DNA of 64,000 nt from Yuukianura sp. NJ FZ-2021. Taxonomy: Eukaryota. Numbering within the stretch: position 1 is the first letter of the stretch; each line of letters begins with the position of its first letter. Below the pieces are notes generated by a model that was not told where the DNA came from, made no database searches, and was given only the letters and a program-made list of their open reading frames with translations. The position numbers and the translations under genes are program-made. Below are positions 15,001 to 29,090 of the stretch, piece after piece. The DNA lies in NCBI GenBank assembly GCA_046563655.1, contig CM102286.1, positions 4,092,001 through 4,156,000 on the forward strand, given 5' to 3'.

Positions 15001-15924
15001 AAAGGCCTAGAGTAAAGCAAACTTTGAATTAGGATGCGGATTAGAGAAAGTCCGGACTGCAAATGAGGTTATCAAATTAGCATTTTTATAAACAGCAATT
15101 TTAAGCAGCTTTTTGAAATGTTTCCAAACAGAGGCATAGTAGTAGCGAGTGTTTGCCTTGTAAAGTTATGCAGTGCGCGTTAATTCGCTAAGGATTTGTC
15201 AGGAACGGGTGCTGTTGACACACTTAGGCAGAAACTAACCTAGGCGAATTTGTTTTAAAATTCAGCCTAAATCTACAGAAAGATTTTTAAACCCAAAAAG
15301 CAAACATCGAATACTCCAGCTTTTACCGTACTCAATTTTTGCCTCCAAAGTGATAAAAAACTCCACTGTACATTAAAGGGAGTTACACTTATCTTGAGCT
15401 ACGAAAGTTATTTTGAATTAACGAAACAGTTTAAGGTTCATAGGCAGTTAAAAAGCAATTCTGTAACTTTTGGGCGGAAGGTGGAGAAAATTGGAATGCT
15501 TCGGCGGGAGGAGAGATCACTTTCAAAGGATCATTTGACCAAAGATGATTCCCAATTTATCATTTTGATGGCTCTCCATTATCCGTCCCACCTACCAATT
15601 TTTTCGCGTCAGAGGTTAGAAATTATCCACTCTCTGCTTTCTATTTCAGAGAAATTAAGTTTCTCCGTGTTGGTGCGGAAGATGGAGTAAAAGGAAGAGG
15701 CAGAACGTGATCTGAAAGCAACTAACTTCCACACCTTCCAAAACCCACCCTGATTTTCAACCCGCTTTACCAAAAACACACACTTTTTCCATTTTCCCAT
15801 CAACTCAAAGTGCGAGGAAGCAAAAGGAAGAGGAAATACCACTTTGCTGGAACTGAATCTCCTAAGAACTGGCGGTGCTCAAGAGGAAATGATTCTTAGG
15901 AACAAATAGTACTTTATATAGAGA

Positions 15925-18900
15925 ATGGAAGAACTCGAATTGGCGGGAAAACCAAAACTCAAAATGGAAACTGAGTTCGGAGGTGGAAAACTGAAATTCT
16001 TCCCACTGATTTTGACTTTTCTTTTTTTCTGTTCTTCGGTGGGAGTTGAAGCATGTCCCACCGACTGTTCCTGTAAATGGAAGGGTGGGAAGCAAACAGT
16101 GGAGTGCTTCAATAGAAGTCTGCGTACTTTTCCAGGACCGATCGACCCAGGAACACAGGTAAAATTTTCAATTTCCGCCGGAAACGATATTTTTTCTTGG
16201 AAAAAATGACAATAGGATCTGAGTTCAAAAAGAAATAGTTCACATACATACTTTTTTTTACAAACATAACTCTTCAAAAATCTCGGAATTCTAAAAAAAG
16301 ACCGGATTTTGAAACACATTTGTTCTGGAACGAAAGAAAAACACGAAATGGTTTGAGAAGTTTTTGAATCTCAGTGAAAGTTTAGGGAACTACCCAGGAC
16401 AAATAAATCTAGAAATTAGTATTCACCCAGCGTGTAGCTTGTGGAAAGATTGGAATTTGTTAAAGTTTGTGGCAGGCCTGAGCAGAAGCGGGAAGAAATA
16501 ATTTGAATCCTGAGATTAGGAAAGCGTGCAGTGCGGGTTGTGGGGTGTGAAAGTGGGCCGAGCGGGACAATTCAAATGGGCCAAGATAGACAAGATTTAT
16601 TGTTTTGCCCATATCAGGAAGAGAAATGTCATTGGAATTCATAAATCTTAATAGAATTCTCTCAAATACAGTTGCTTATGCTTTTGTGTAGGTTCTGGAT
16701 CTTGGCGGAAACAGTTTTGAAACATTGCCATCTGATCACTTTATGCGCCTCAGTCTTATTAACCTCCAAAAAGTTTACTTGGCCAGATGTCGCCTCAGTC
16801 ACATCAATGCCCGGGCATTTCGCGGACTGTCGAACCTAGTTGACCTTGACCTGTCCAACAATGCTTTACGTGAAGTTCCTACAAGTTCATTTGCAGACTG
16901 CGATGGACTCATGCGCCTCGTCCTCAGTGGAAATCCAATTGGCCAAGTCTTGTCAAAAGGCTTTGTGGGTCTCCGGAGTCTAACTACGTTAGAAATGAGT
17001 CATTGTGGAACTGAAGTCATTGAGAAGGTAATTTCTAAAAGTTTTGTATTTTTTGAAACTCTAGTTCTAAGTTTCTAAAACTTTTTGGTAAAAAAGAGAG
17101 CAAAAGTGAAAGTAAAAGATCGAGTGAAAGTGACAAAATGGAATAATAGGTCTCGAGGAGGGCTAAAAGTTGACTGTTGATGGAGTCAAGGGATTGACTA
17201 CACCGGGGTAGACTTGCTTCATGAAAATTTAATTTTAAAGGACTTGAGCAAGTAGTAGATCCCATCAAAGATCTATAGAGTCTTCCTAAATTATTCAAAT
17301 AGAAATTCACTATAGCAGTCGAAAACTTAAGCAACAAAACGGGATTTACTCAAGTTCTGGAAAAAGTTTCAAACAAGAGAAAAAAGTAACTCCTCTTTCT
17401 TGCTTCTGGCACTTGAGATTTCAGAAACTAAGCAACATTTTTTAGGCTTCCTTGAGCACATTTCGAATTTTCTCTCGAAAATTTAGTGAGAAAAAAGGGA
17501 GTGGTTGACTATTTTTAACAATTTTGTTATCTGACATCAGATTTTAGGGAGCAAAAGTCGTAGTTTATTTTGCTTTTTCCCTCTCTTCCAAGAATTGAGG
17601 CAGAACTGTAACTCTCTTAAGAAGTTTAACAGCCTTGTGTTCAAATAAATTAGTATGGCGCAAGGCCTCTGACATTTAGGCACCAACCAAGTGCTGGCTA
17701 ACCACTCTTCAGAGCCGCTGCTGCGCTGGGACTTTTTGGGAAAAAAAAGTTTCTTTTTTTTAGGCTGTCTCTAGTCGTAGAGTGGTAAATTCTGTTAAAT
17801 TGTGGAGAGCGGGAGTCGTTTCCCATTTTTATGAAATATTGGCGTAATAAAAGCGTAATTCCTTGTGATTCTCCAGGGAGGGTTTGCAGGGCTGGATCGA
17901 CTGGAGTGGCTGAAACTCGAAGGGAACAAGCTCCGAAGGCTCGACGGCCTTCAGTTGTTGCCGCACTCCCTTAAAGGGATCTGGCTCGAAGACAATCCCT
18001 GGGAATGTGACTGTCGAATTTTGGAACTTAGAATTTGGATAGCAGAGGCCAAAGTGGGTACTTCAGCGGACCCACGCTGTCGTTCCCCGGCGAGACTTGT
18101 CAATTCGACGCTCAAGGAACTGAAGCTGGATGCTTTTGCTTGTCCTCCTGAAATTTCTCCTAGCACAATGTACCAAAAAATAGGTAAGCAACATAAACAC
18201 CTTCGACATGACATTGGAAAAGTTCTTAACATGAAGGGATGGGGCCCTTTTACTAAAAAAATTCTTCCTAGGGGAAACATAGCTATGATTCATTTTTACA
18301 CAAGGAATGTTAGTTTGTAATTCTATGAAAGAAAAATGTGCAGTGAACTTCTTTTTTGTATTAAACTAATGCAAGAGAAAGTCGGTTTTAGTTTTGAGAT
18401 TCCATCGCATCCATAATTCTGTCGAAAAAAAGTTGGAAGCAAACCTTTAAAAATATTTATGTCAAAGATTGATGCAAAAATCTTTGACAATTGCCATTCT
18501 TTTATCCAATTCCGCAAGAAAGAAAAGAGAAAGTTGAAACGAACTTTGAAATTTTTCAAGAGTGAAAGTGAAGACGTTTGTCTGTGAAAGAAGAAATAAA
18601 TTGTGACGGATTCAATGCTCCCTATAAAAGGAACTTTTTTTTTATTTCTTGATCCATTTCCTCCGAGTTGGTGGATTTTCATGTCCTTTGAATTGTATCA
18701 AGGGGATTTGGTAGTCTCCCGCCTCCACTGAAACCCGATGACACAAAACTTGGATTTATGTGTCCATTTCGTTTTTATTTTACGACGAAGTGGAACTGGA
18801 ACCTAAGAAAGTGAGACATACTTTTACCAAAGTACAATCACAATTTGACCTCTCCAAGTTCATAGGAGTGGCTGGGTGAAAATAAGTTTTGAGTCAGGGG

Positions 18901-20394
18901 TTTTGAAACTAAACCATAAGAATTAAGGGCCCCCAACACTCTTGGGTTAAGGGCATGGGCCTTAGGCTTTTGAGCCAGTTGAGGAAAAGTTTTGTCCCAA
19001 ATGGGTCAATTTAGAGCCCGGGTAATTTCAATCACCATTTTCAAAACTTTTTTTTTCTTAGTGCCGTTTACGTAGAGTGAAATGGTCTCATTTTGTTTTC
19101 CTTGTCGTAAATTTCAGGTGAAGGTCGCAACGTTTCATTGGTCTGCAAAGTTACTTCAACACCAGAGTCTACACTTGAGTGGTGGTTTAACAACCAACCA
19201 ATCGGAAACGCCTCACTCAACATCTTAGTCGAAACGACGACGAGTCGCGACGTTTCGTCGCCGGGAATTTTGAAAAAGAGTGAACTCCTAGTTCTCAATG
19301 CTACTTCGGAAGAAAATGGAACTTTTCTCTGCGTTGCTAAAAATGCTGCCGGTACTGTAATGGCCAACTTTACTCTTCGCGTTCTGTCTACCGTTGACCC
19401 CGAGTCGTATGCCGAGAACGTGACATCTTTCGTCGGAGCATACCCGAACCTGTTCCTAATAGTGCTCAGCGCAGTCGCTGTTGTTGGTTTCGTGATAATT
19501 TTGCTAGGAATGTCCCTCCTTCTGTGTAAGTGCTCAAGGGCCCTTAGTGGGCGTGGTCGAAGGACTCGACAGAGCTTGGCCAATGGTCGCAGCAAGACTG
19601 ACTGCTCTACCTCATCAGATCAGAAAGACGGAAACAAAGGTGCTGGGAGTGGAAGTGGTGCGCATGGACCGAAAATGGAGCGCCATCTATCCGAAACAAG
19701 TACGATCACAACACAAACCAAGTCCAACGGTTCAGTCTTTCTGCTCAGTACGAGTTCCGAACTGGGAGATTCGAACCCCGACATCATCGAAGGCGTCAAG
19801 CGGGTAGAAGCCGATGGACACGAAATCGACACAGCATCTTGCCCACACCAAGGTCACAAGGGCCCAGGTCAACCTTACCTTCTTCCTTCCAACGGAAGTG
19901 CACAAGGGCAAGGCTCTCACGTAGATTCATTTCCTGTTGACTACGGTCTTCCCAAGGGACTCAATGTACAAACTCTAGTAAACACCAACAGACCTTCAGG
20001 CCCTTACACGCTCAACGACAGTGTTAGTCAAACGGTTCCCACAACGTACGATCTAGCCAAGTACCCCAAAGAGTACATAAGTCCATCACCTTTCCCCACA
20101 AACACGTACATTTATGCCTATCCCGCTGGATTACCAGAGGCTTTTCAACAGCCCCTTTATACTTATGTACATGGACCTGCCTATGCTGTTTATGGTGGCC
20201 CTGAATATGTTACTTACGCCCCCGCCCCTTCTTCCTCATGTACATGCATTCTTGAAGAGACTGAACCGACTACGATCGACAAAAAACCGAAAATGGATCC
20301 CGTCAAGCCCAAATCCCGCTTTCAACGACAACTGACGACAACTATTAACGAAAGTCCTGATGAAGGTTACGAAGATGAAGGAGCCGAAGTGTAA
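15925..20394 (+). CDS. kek2: Kekkon-family LRR-Ig single-pass membrane protein, kek2-like (~717 aa); exons 15925-16158, 16692-17027, 17877-18183, 19118-20394
   Basis: Signal peptide, then LRR-NT CPTDCSCKWKGGKQTVEC...DPGTQ|VLDLGGN, LRRs (LINLQKVYLARC, FRGLSNLVDLDLSNN, LMRLVLSGNPI, LEWLKLEGN), LRR-CT NPWECDCR, one Ig domain (NVSLVCK...WWFNN...GTFLCVAKNAAG), TM helix, and cytoplasmic Kekkon-type motifs DYGLP and SPDEGY. All introns are GT-AG and phases are consistent. The start could alternatively be the Met at 15964. The kek2 assignment is from remembered similarity to Drosophila Kek2. Confidence 0.88.
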
Positions 20395-23300
20395 AAAAGT
20401 TTAATAACGAAGAAATTTTTATAACTTTAGTTTTAGTATCCACCCGAGACCAACATGTATTTCCACAAATAGTAAACTTGTCATTACTGGCGCCGTTTTT
20501 GAATGGACGTTTCGATTCGTATAAATTTGAAAAAAATATAAGAACGTCTGAGTTTGATTTCAGTTTAAGTTTATGTAAGATTTAAGTTAAAAAAATTGAA
20601 TTTTGAAGTTACTGTGTAAGAATTCCCGTTAGATCCAGACTTATATTGTTACACGACAAATAAAAGCCCTTACCAAACCCTTACTTTAAAGTTATGCGTG
20701 CACACGGTTCTTGTTCCAGTTCAAATCTACCCGTGAAGCCTTTCGTTTCTGAACCAAAAAGTTTTGAGAAGTGTATACCTGACTGCCGGATCTGTCACCA
20801 CCAGATGACGAGAATGGGACACTCGAGTGACACTTTCCGAGTCACTTGAACGGACCAAATTCGTATAATTTTATGCTCAACTTCCAAGGGAATGGAAACT
20901 TTGAGTGGCATTGCTCTTAAGGAGAAAGCCTCCCTTAAACATCTACAGCGATTCTCTCAAATTTTCCACCAAACTTTCTCTTTTCATCACAACTAAACAT
21001 TTTTGCTCTCTCCAGGATTTGTATTTTTCTCAAAAAGGAAACCAGCCAAAGTGTGACTTAAATGCTTTCACTGTAGAAAAAGGTTGAAGAGGGAAGTGGC
21101 CCAAGTTATAACTCCCCAGAAAATAACTTTTGTACTTTTGCCTGTCTTTTCTTCCGGAGAAACGAGAAAAAAGAATCTAATACTCTTTTGGCATGACATG
21201 CTTAGGTACAGTAGACCTTTCTCCTTCTTTAGCTAAGAACTTGGACCATAATTTCCCTTGTATGTCTAGAAAGCTGTTTTCTAGTTAAGAGACTTGGAAA
21301 AGCTTTAGACAAAAGGAAGCTCCTGAAATCAATTCTCTTTGTTTCCCTTTCCGAATGACCTCTAGTTGTCTCTGAGGACTTTTGGTCAAAAGCTGACCAA
21401 AAACCCATGCTTCACGAGTGGTACGTAGAAAACAAGTGAGTGAAAGTACGGGAAAGTAGTTGGGACTGACTCGCAGAGGATGAACTTAAGTTGGAATTGA
21501 ATTTGGGGAAATGGCCAAAGTTTAAGGAGATCACGTTCACTTTCTTTCCCGTCCAATTTCTATTCCATCTTCTTAGGGTGAGCCACCACAAGAAAACCCA
21601 CCATCACCAAAACGGGACCACCTCCCGAGCCACCTTCAACTTCAGCTCAACATCATCCGTCATCCCCCTCCATCGGCCAAATCAAACCCTCATCTTTCTA
21701 ATCTTTCCAACATCAGAGGAAACCTAAACTTATGGGAACTGCTGACGCTCAATTGCTGAATCGTCGGTGATTGCCATTGGAGGAGTGATGTTGATACACT
21801 GTGGACTTGGGGAGCTGAACTTACTGAAGCCTGAGATCAAACACTTTTGGTTGTTGAATACTGTTCAAAGACTTGAGTTATTCCTTGTCCGGATTTTGGA
21901 AAGCTGCGGAGTTTGTCAAGATCCGAAGCCAAGACGAAGTTGATTTTGATTCTATCTTGGGTGTCAAACGCCGAATCCAAGAAAAGAGAAGGAGAAAAGT
22001 TTTCTTGGTTCTTCAGGGGGTTTACTGTTTGAAAAGAAGTAAAGTGAGTAATGGATGTGGGTGAGGTAATTTTAAGGGAACAAAGTTTAACTTTCTCCTT
22101 TACTTTTACCCCATCTGAAGTCTCAAGGATTCTGGATACTTTCACTTTCTTATTGATTTCTGTCATCAATTGGTATGGAAGAAAGATCCTTTCACTGATT
22201 GCCAACCAACCAAATAGAGCACACAGGAGCCAAGATCCTGCTGAATTTTCTTGGATCAACCAAAGTGCTTTTCCAAGTTGCGTTCTGACTCCTGCCAGTT
22301 TACGCTCATTTTTCAGTTCAACTCAAATTCACTTTCGAGAAGCCAAAATTTACTAACAGCATTTTGACACTATTTAAAAAACTGAAAAAAAAATGAAAAA
22401 TGGCTTGAGCATAAGAAATAAATTTGTTGCATATTTCAAGAAATGCATTGACTTTTAGTACAAAAATTGTTTCAGCAATAAAAGTTTTGTATACAAGTTA
22501 ATTGCCATTTTTTGGCGGCAAAATTTTGAAACTTTTCTACCTTACACTTGTACTACAACATACCAGGTTTTGCGATGTTATTGGGAAAACGTTATACTGA
22601 AATTGTTGTACAATTTGGGGCAATTTGCTACGATTTGCTGTTTTTGAAGATAACGAGGACCTAAAAGTATAAGAGACCATTGGCAATGTCAATGGTCCCA
22701 TTAAATTGAGTTAACTTTGTTGTTACTTTTGTTAGCAATTTGGCTCAGTAGAACATTTTCTTCAATGTTTTGGCTTCTCTGGCTGATATTTTTCATTTAA
22801 CTTCTTGTCTAAAAACCAAGGGAGGGGAAACACATAGATTGAGAAGAATGAATGGGTGACATTAAGTCTTTTGGAACTCTAGGACCATAGGACCTTGTAG
22901 CTTTACACAGCGTTCCTAGTTTGAGTTTTCGCGCTCATTTCAAGAAATTGGACTTTTTTCTTTCTCTTTTCTGGAAAGTTGTAGAAGGGAGCGGGAAGAT
23001 TAAAACTTATGTTGACGATTATGTGTCTCTCTCCATTTGAAGAAACAGGACAACAAGAGCCGACGAGGGAAACAAACTGGTCCATGGATCTTTTACTTTC
23101 TTTCATCATCTCCTGCCGCACGCAAAGACACGGAGAAGGAAAACGAAAAATTATGGAGAAAGTTAACTTTCTTTTTGCTCCTTTTTCAAAAAGTAAGCAG
23201 GGAAAAATCCATTTTCAAAAAAGAAAAGCGTGGAAAATTTTTGTAACCAATTACTTCTCAACTGTTGTGTAAAATTACAAAAAATTTTAGGAACCAACCT

Positions 23301-26300
23301 TTCAAAATTCATTTCCTAACTATACTTTTTCCTGTTCAAAGTAAAAGAAACGCTCAAGGGTACTAAATTACACGATTTTGCTTCAATTACCCATCCTAAT
23401 TTAACAGACAAAAAACTATTTCTGCTTAATGGTTCCATACAACCTAAATTTAACGTGACCTGAAACAAAACGACGCAGTTTTAACTTAGCTTTGCACCTA
23501 ATGCAATAAACTTTAGTTTAAAGCATGATGCACAAATGTTTTGCTGTCATGTAAAACAAAAACGTCCAAAACATGTCAACTGTTCTAAAAACTACTCTTT
23601 TCATGTTCTAACTTTAAAAAAAACTGGTAGTAAGTACAAAATACAAATAAAGTTAGGATAACATTGTGTTAGGTCTTGTGGGTTTTGGGATTTGTAAAAC
23701 TTAGGTTCAGACGTGCCGTTGCAGATGAATAAAAATTGGAAGTTTTCCGTCTTCCCGCCAAATCTGATTCCAAAGATTCCGTGAATTTTTTCATCCTAGT
23801 TTGAAAAGAGTTTGTGAGGGAACTTTTAGGGCGCGTGGACAGATTCCCTCAGGATGTCTAAAAACGGCGGGAAAGTTTGTAAATGGAAATAGATTGATCA
23901 TTACTCATGTGTGTGTGGAAAAGTCTCATAGTGTGGGCGGGGGGCTAGGTGAGACATAAATCCTTGTTGTCTGTTTTCTCCAACAGCTCCAGCATCATTA
24001 GAAAGCAGGAGAAACTGCCGTGGAAAAAGGTGCAAACTGTACAACTTACATGATACTGAAAAATGAGCACAGGGTTCACAAACTTTCACTTTTTTAATAC
24101 GACTCTCCCCGTGTTTTCCTCTTCGGTTGTTGAAGTTTCCTAGCATTAACTTTCTCCTTTCTCTTTTTTTTTTTGCTAAACCTACAAACGGACTTTCTAC
24201 ATTATTTTTAACTTTAGAAAATAGAGTTTGCTGGGCTCCTTTTTAGGTGAACTTTTTGTAATGAAGATTCCACATTAACCAGCAGCTTTCTCTGAAAGTT
24301 TCCTGGACTCAAATGGGCCATTCTTTTAAATTACGCTCTTAAGGCCAAAAAATGCATTAATTCCCATACTACACACTTCCCTTCAAAAGGCTTTTGGGTG
24401 TCTTCTGAGACTTTAAAGCGGTTGCATCTTCTGGGTATTACGTTGATGAAGCGCTCAAATTCTAAGGTCTTGCCACAATATTAACATCAAGCGTATTTCC
24501 GTTAACGTAGCCTCAAAGCAATTAATGAGGGAAAACTTTTTTCGAGTTTTGCGATCAATCAAAATGATAAACTGCGTTTTCTGAAACTTACTTTGAAAAA
24601 AAAAGAATCTTAAACAAACTTTTGTGATTAAAGCCGATGCAGTAGCATAGTTTTCCTCAATTTCTGTGGTATTATTTCGACCGTTGAACTCAAACAAATT
24701 ATTGTTTTACAAAAGTTGAATAAGAAATGCCGTTGAATTTGTAAAATTCTAATTTACTCAACATTTTTAAAAATCAAAAATCAAGCTTTTCACAATTCCT
24801 TAAATATGAAACTTGCTTGCCAGTTTTGCCCAAAATTTTAAATATTCTAGAAAAATAGTGAGATAAAAAGGAACCAAAATTATACAAGACCAAGAACGGA
24901 CAGAATTTTGAGTTCCTTTTTTTGTTTTAGTTGGAAAGCCAAGATGTTTCAATACTTTTGGTACTGCGATATGAGTTCCACTTCTGATCCAATTTTTGTG
25001 GCTCCGTCGGGTAGCATAAAGCAGAAATGAAAAGGATGCAGAGTTGACAGGAGAACGAGAACTGTGACAAATCCTGGGCGTCTCTTCATATCTCTTTCTG
25101 CAGGAACTTTCTCTGGGCGGTGGTGACGGAAGGCTGGAAGCTGCAGAGTGAGCCCCAGAGGCTTCTTTCCAACCAACCAGAGGACATAAATAAATGTATG
25201 TAATTCAATATGTAAGTCTAATGTGAATGTGTTCCTTCCTGTCTCTCTACAGGACTTATGGAGTACTCTTGGTGTCGCAGCTTTCCGCATTTTCAAATGA
25301 GATTCGAATTGGCTTTCACTTTCAAACAATCCAAAAGTGTGGAAGGAAGCACTTGCCCAAAATTTCAGTTTCTCCAAGCTCAAACGCAGTAAAACTCAAA
25401 ACAATAAAATTTTGAACAAAGAGAAAATCTATCTCTATGATTTCTACAGTAGTAACTCAAAGCGTCCTTAAATTAAGCTTTTCTAGCTAAATTTAGAACA
25501 GTTGAAATTTTGGATTTCGAATTTTCTAAACTTTGTGTTACTGCTATGTTGGTAGTAAGAAAATTGACTTCTTCGGTTGGAGAAACAGAGACTTTTAATT
25601 GCTTGGCTGATTGATTGAAAAGTTGAAAGTTTTTGGCGGGAGAGGCTGCCAGCTTCCTTCGAATTTGAAAATTCCGAGGTCTGATTTGATTGTCTTCTAA
25701 GTTTTGTATAGCGTAGTGTACGAAAGTTGTTGAATCCGAGTAGCTCCTGTCAACAAGTTCCGGAGAATTAGTCATTAAAAGACAATGGGAGAAAGAGGCT
25801 TAATTAGAAAACTTTCTGTTTAAGTTTCTCTGTCGAAGTCTGGAGTGATTTCTTGTGTTGCGAAGTCCACCGCGCGGCTCTGATTTCTAATTCTCAAGGC
25901 TCTCAAAAGTATAAGAGTCCTACGTTTTAGCGGAAGTACGGCTCAAGACTAACCTTAAAACTCTTGCACAAAAAGTTAGTGAAAGAGGTGGAGGGGGCGT
26001 GGGGTGGAGGGTGGGTGAAAGTGATGGTAAGGAATTTGAGAGTGGTGGTTTTATGCATTCATTCATTTGGCAAGATGAACTACATAGATATAATACTTCT
26101 AAGGGCTGGAAGAAAAGTTGCCCGGTTCTTTTCAAATGTTACGAACGACCGCGTTCCTTGCTTGTTCGCTACTCTCGTGTACTACGCTTCTTATTGGCAA
26201 GTCTTTATGAGGGGACATGATGTTAAAGGAAGTCTTGACTCAGCACACTCCACTTCCTACCCTATTGAATATCTTTTAATAAAAGTTTTACGGCACTTTT

Positions 26301-28548
26301 ACATTCTTCAAAGATGGCCTCCGTCGGCATTCCACAGAGCACTTGCAACATTGAACAAATTCAATTTTTTTCTCTTTTTACTGAAAAGTATCACAGTAGA
26401 ACGGAAGTGGAGTTTGTAATTTCATGGATTCCCGGAGTTTCTTGTGCTAAAGAGTCCTATAAATGTATTTAATGAACCAGCTCAATGACATGGTTTTTGA
26501 AATTTTTAAAATTGAAACTAGACGCATCTGAAGAACGACTTTTTTGAAAACTTTGCTGCTATTTTCAGTTTTTGCTAGTTGCGAAGCAATAATGACGTGG
26601 AGTAACACAAAAACGGGAATCCTGTAGCTGTCAGAATGTTATGAGCCGTTCTGCGGTTACTTGATATGTAATCCCGTCGCGTAGTTACACATTTCATAAA
26701 AACCGCAAAAGAACCTTAACCTCTGCTAAGATGAAAGCACAACGCATCATCCGGTTTTCAAAAGCAGATTACGTTTCTAGTTCGAAATGGCTTAGCTTCA
26801 TTTACTTCCAGTCGTAATGATCCGGTTTAATGTCGGATTCAAACAACGCAATTCCTGGTAAACAACTAAATCTCTTTGAAATCATTCCATAATTAGCAGA
26901 AGCAAATACATAGTAAAGAAAACAAAATGTGGTGTACAAATACACTAGGATTAGCCAGGAGAAAGTGAAAGGTTATTGGAGTATTTGGATTCAAAATGAA
27001 AAATAAGTTGACAGGAGATTTTTCTTTGTGGAGCAATCCATCATAATCGTGGTGAGGGCTGTTGAGGAAGAGTGACGTAAATGGGAGAGAACAAAGTTTG
27101 CTACATGGAGAAATTGGAGAAAAGTAAGTTTTTCTTAACCCAACCGTGGAAAGACCATGAAGGGAAAGAGTTTTAGTGCCAGAAAAGAAAGTGAAAGGTG
27201 AATTGTTGGGGTTGAAGGAATTCCTTTTGTTCTTTTTTCTGTTTACTCAATAATCCAACATTTGACTTTGTTCAGAAGAAGAACAGAGTCTGACAGTGAC
27301 TGGGGAAACGCGGTCATTCCAAGTCTCATTTTAAGTTTGGTTTGGGATTTGGGCCAGGAGAGGCTGATCCGGCCCTGCCAAGGTCCCTGTCAGTTTGGTT
27401 TAGAGGGTGGTGGGGCTGTAGATGTCTAGGGGGTGTCGTTAGGACTGAAGTGGCTATTGATTAGAAACAACAACCGCCAACACTCTGTTCAAGTGATTCC
27501 AGTTCCAAAGGATTTTGTTTTTTACAACACAACATGCATTACTTTCTTCGGATTCAAGAATTCGTAAAAAAGTGAAAGTTTTTTTTAAAGCAGTTGCACA
27601 TAGTGGAAATGTTGAAATTAAGCCTCCTTGAGCTTTTTCAGAGTTTCTTAACAAACCAGACTGATAAAAATTGCAACAGACATCTTCTTAACTTTCAAAT
27701 CAAGTTCGTGCTTGGTTGAGGAATGTTGCATTTCGGTTGTAGCATTTTCAGACAACTTCAAACTGAAATTATATTATTATTTACAATTAATTCGATACGA
27801 TAATTTGTCCATTTTTTGTTTCCGAGAAAAAAAACGGGGTTTTTTAAAATAGAGTCGAAACTCCATTCAATGGCATGCGGGAGCCAGTTTCCTTGAAACG
27901 CACATCGCGACAGAGCAAAAATTGCACATAAAAGATTAACGCATCATTGGCAGATGCTGTTTCCAAAAGGAAAAGGAAAGTCTGAAGTATATTATGCATA
28001 TTATTGGAGCCATTTTTCAAATGTGACCAATTCCAAAGGCCTCTTAACGTTATTTGTGTCCCAGTTGTTTCCAAAAGTTTAGAGATGATCATCCTCCAAG
28101 CGTTTAGAGGAATAAAATGGAAAAAGTGCTGGAAGTGGCCTTGCTCTCCTGCGCACCATCATACCATAAATTTGAACGTGGTGAGAATTCTTTTGGAGGT
28201 TTTCAGCTTCAAAGACGGTTTTGAAGCACAAAGGAATGCCGAACAGAAAGGGAAAAGGGCGACCAAAGAAAACGCGCCAAATTCTATTCTTTGGATTTGG
28301 ATTTTGCCGGATGGGGAGTTTGGCTAATGAAGCGTAAAGGAAGAAATTGGTGGATTTGTCTCTAGTTTACTTTCTACGAAAGGGACGACGTCTTATTTTT
28401 TACCCGGGAAAAGTTCATTCCAACAACTTCCCAATTTATGTCGTTTCCTTCTACCTTGTTACCCGCTTAAAGGAATTCCGGAAGTTGAACAAGCGATTTC
28501 AAAGTAGGGGAAAGTGAGCTGACTCAATTTTCAATAAATGAAGAAGCG

Positions 28549-29090
28549 GTTAGGGTTAGGTTGTAGATGGAAACGTTTGCGGTTGAGGCCATAGGCTATT
28601 TGTTAGGTTAGGCTAGGTTAGCTAAAGAACGGCCTCTGATTGGTTACTTTTTGTCCACGGACTCCGCTTTTTCTAAAAGGCACTTGGAGTCAAAGGAAAT
28701 GCAGCAGGAAAGTCATTGTATGGTGAAAATGTATTTTCATTTCTATTGTTCCCGTCCTGTCAAAGCCAAATAGCAAACAAGACAGCGGAAGAACATGGTT
28801 CACTTTCTGAAATTGGGAAAATGAAACTTTTTTTTTGTGTGTTTCCACTACAAGGAAAATGCGTTAATAAACTATGACGTGTTGGTGAGAGGTTTGGAAT
28901 GAGATTTTGGCGTGACGTATAATTCTGGTTTTCGATTGTCAGATACGTGGGTGCGGGACATGGTGACAAAATGGAACCAAGGCGAGGTATGATTTGAACT
29001 TAGAGATTGATTTAGCCACTGATGCAGGGAATAGGACGAAGAAAGTCCATTGATTCCATAAAGCCCTTGGCTAGGTTAGGTTAGGTAACC
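28549..29090 (+). repeat. Short degenerate interstitial (TTAGG)n tracts
   Basis: ttagggttaggtt (~28549), ttaggttaggctaggttag (~28603), ctaggttaggttaggt (~29071); similar short tracts at ~273 and ~12832. Confidence 0.4.

Noticed and set aside
19068..19595. 175-aa antisense ORF within kek2
   Set aside because: Shadow ORF opposite a well-supported coding exon.
21837..22356. 140-aa and 101-aa opposing ORFs
   Set aside because: No domain signature; consistent with chance ORFs.
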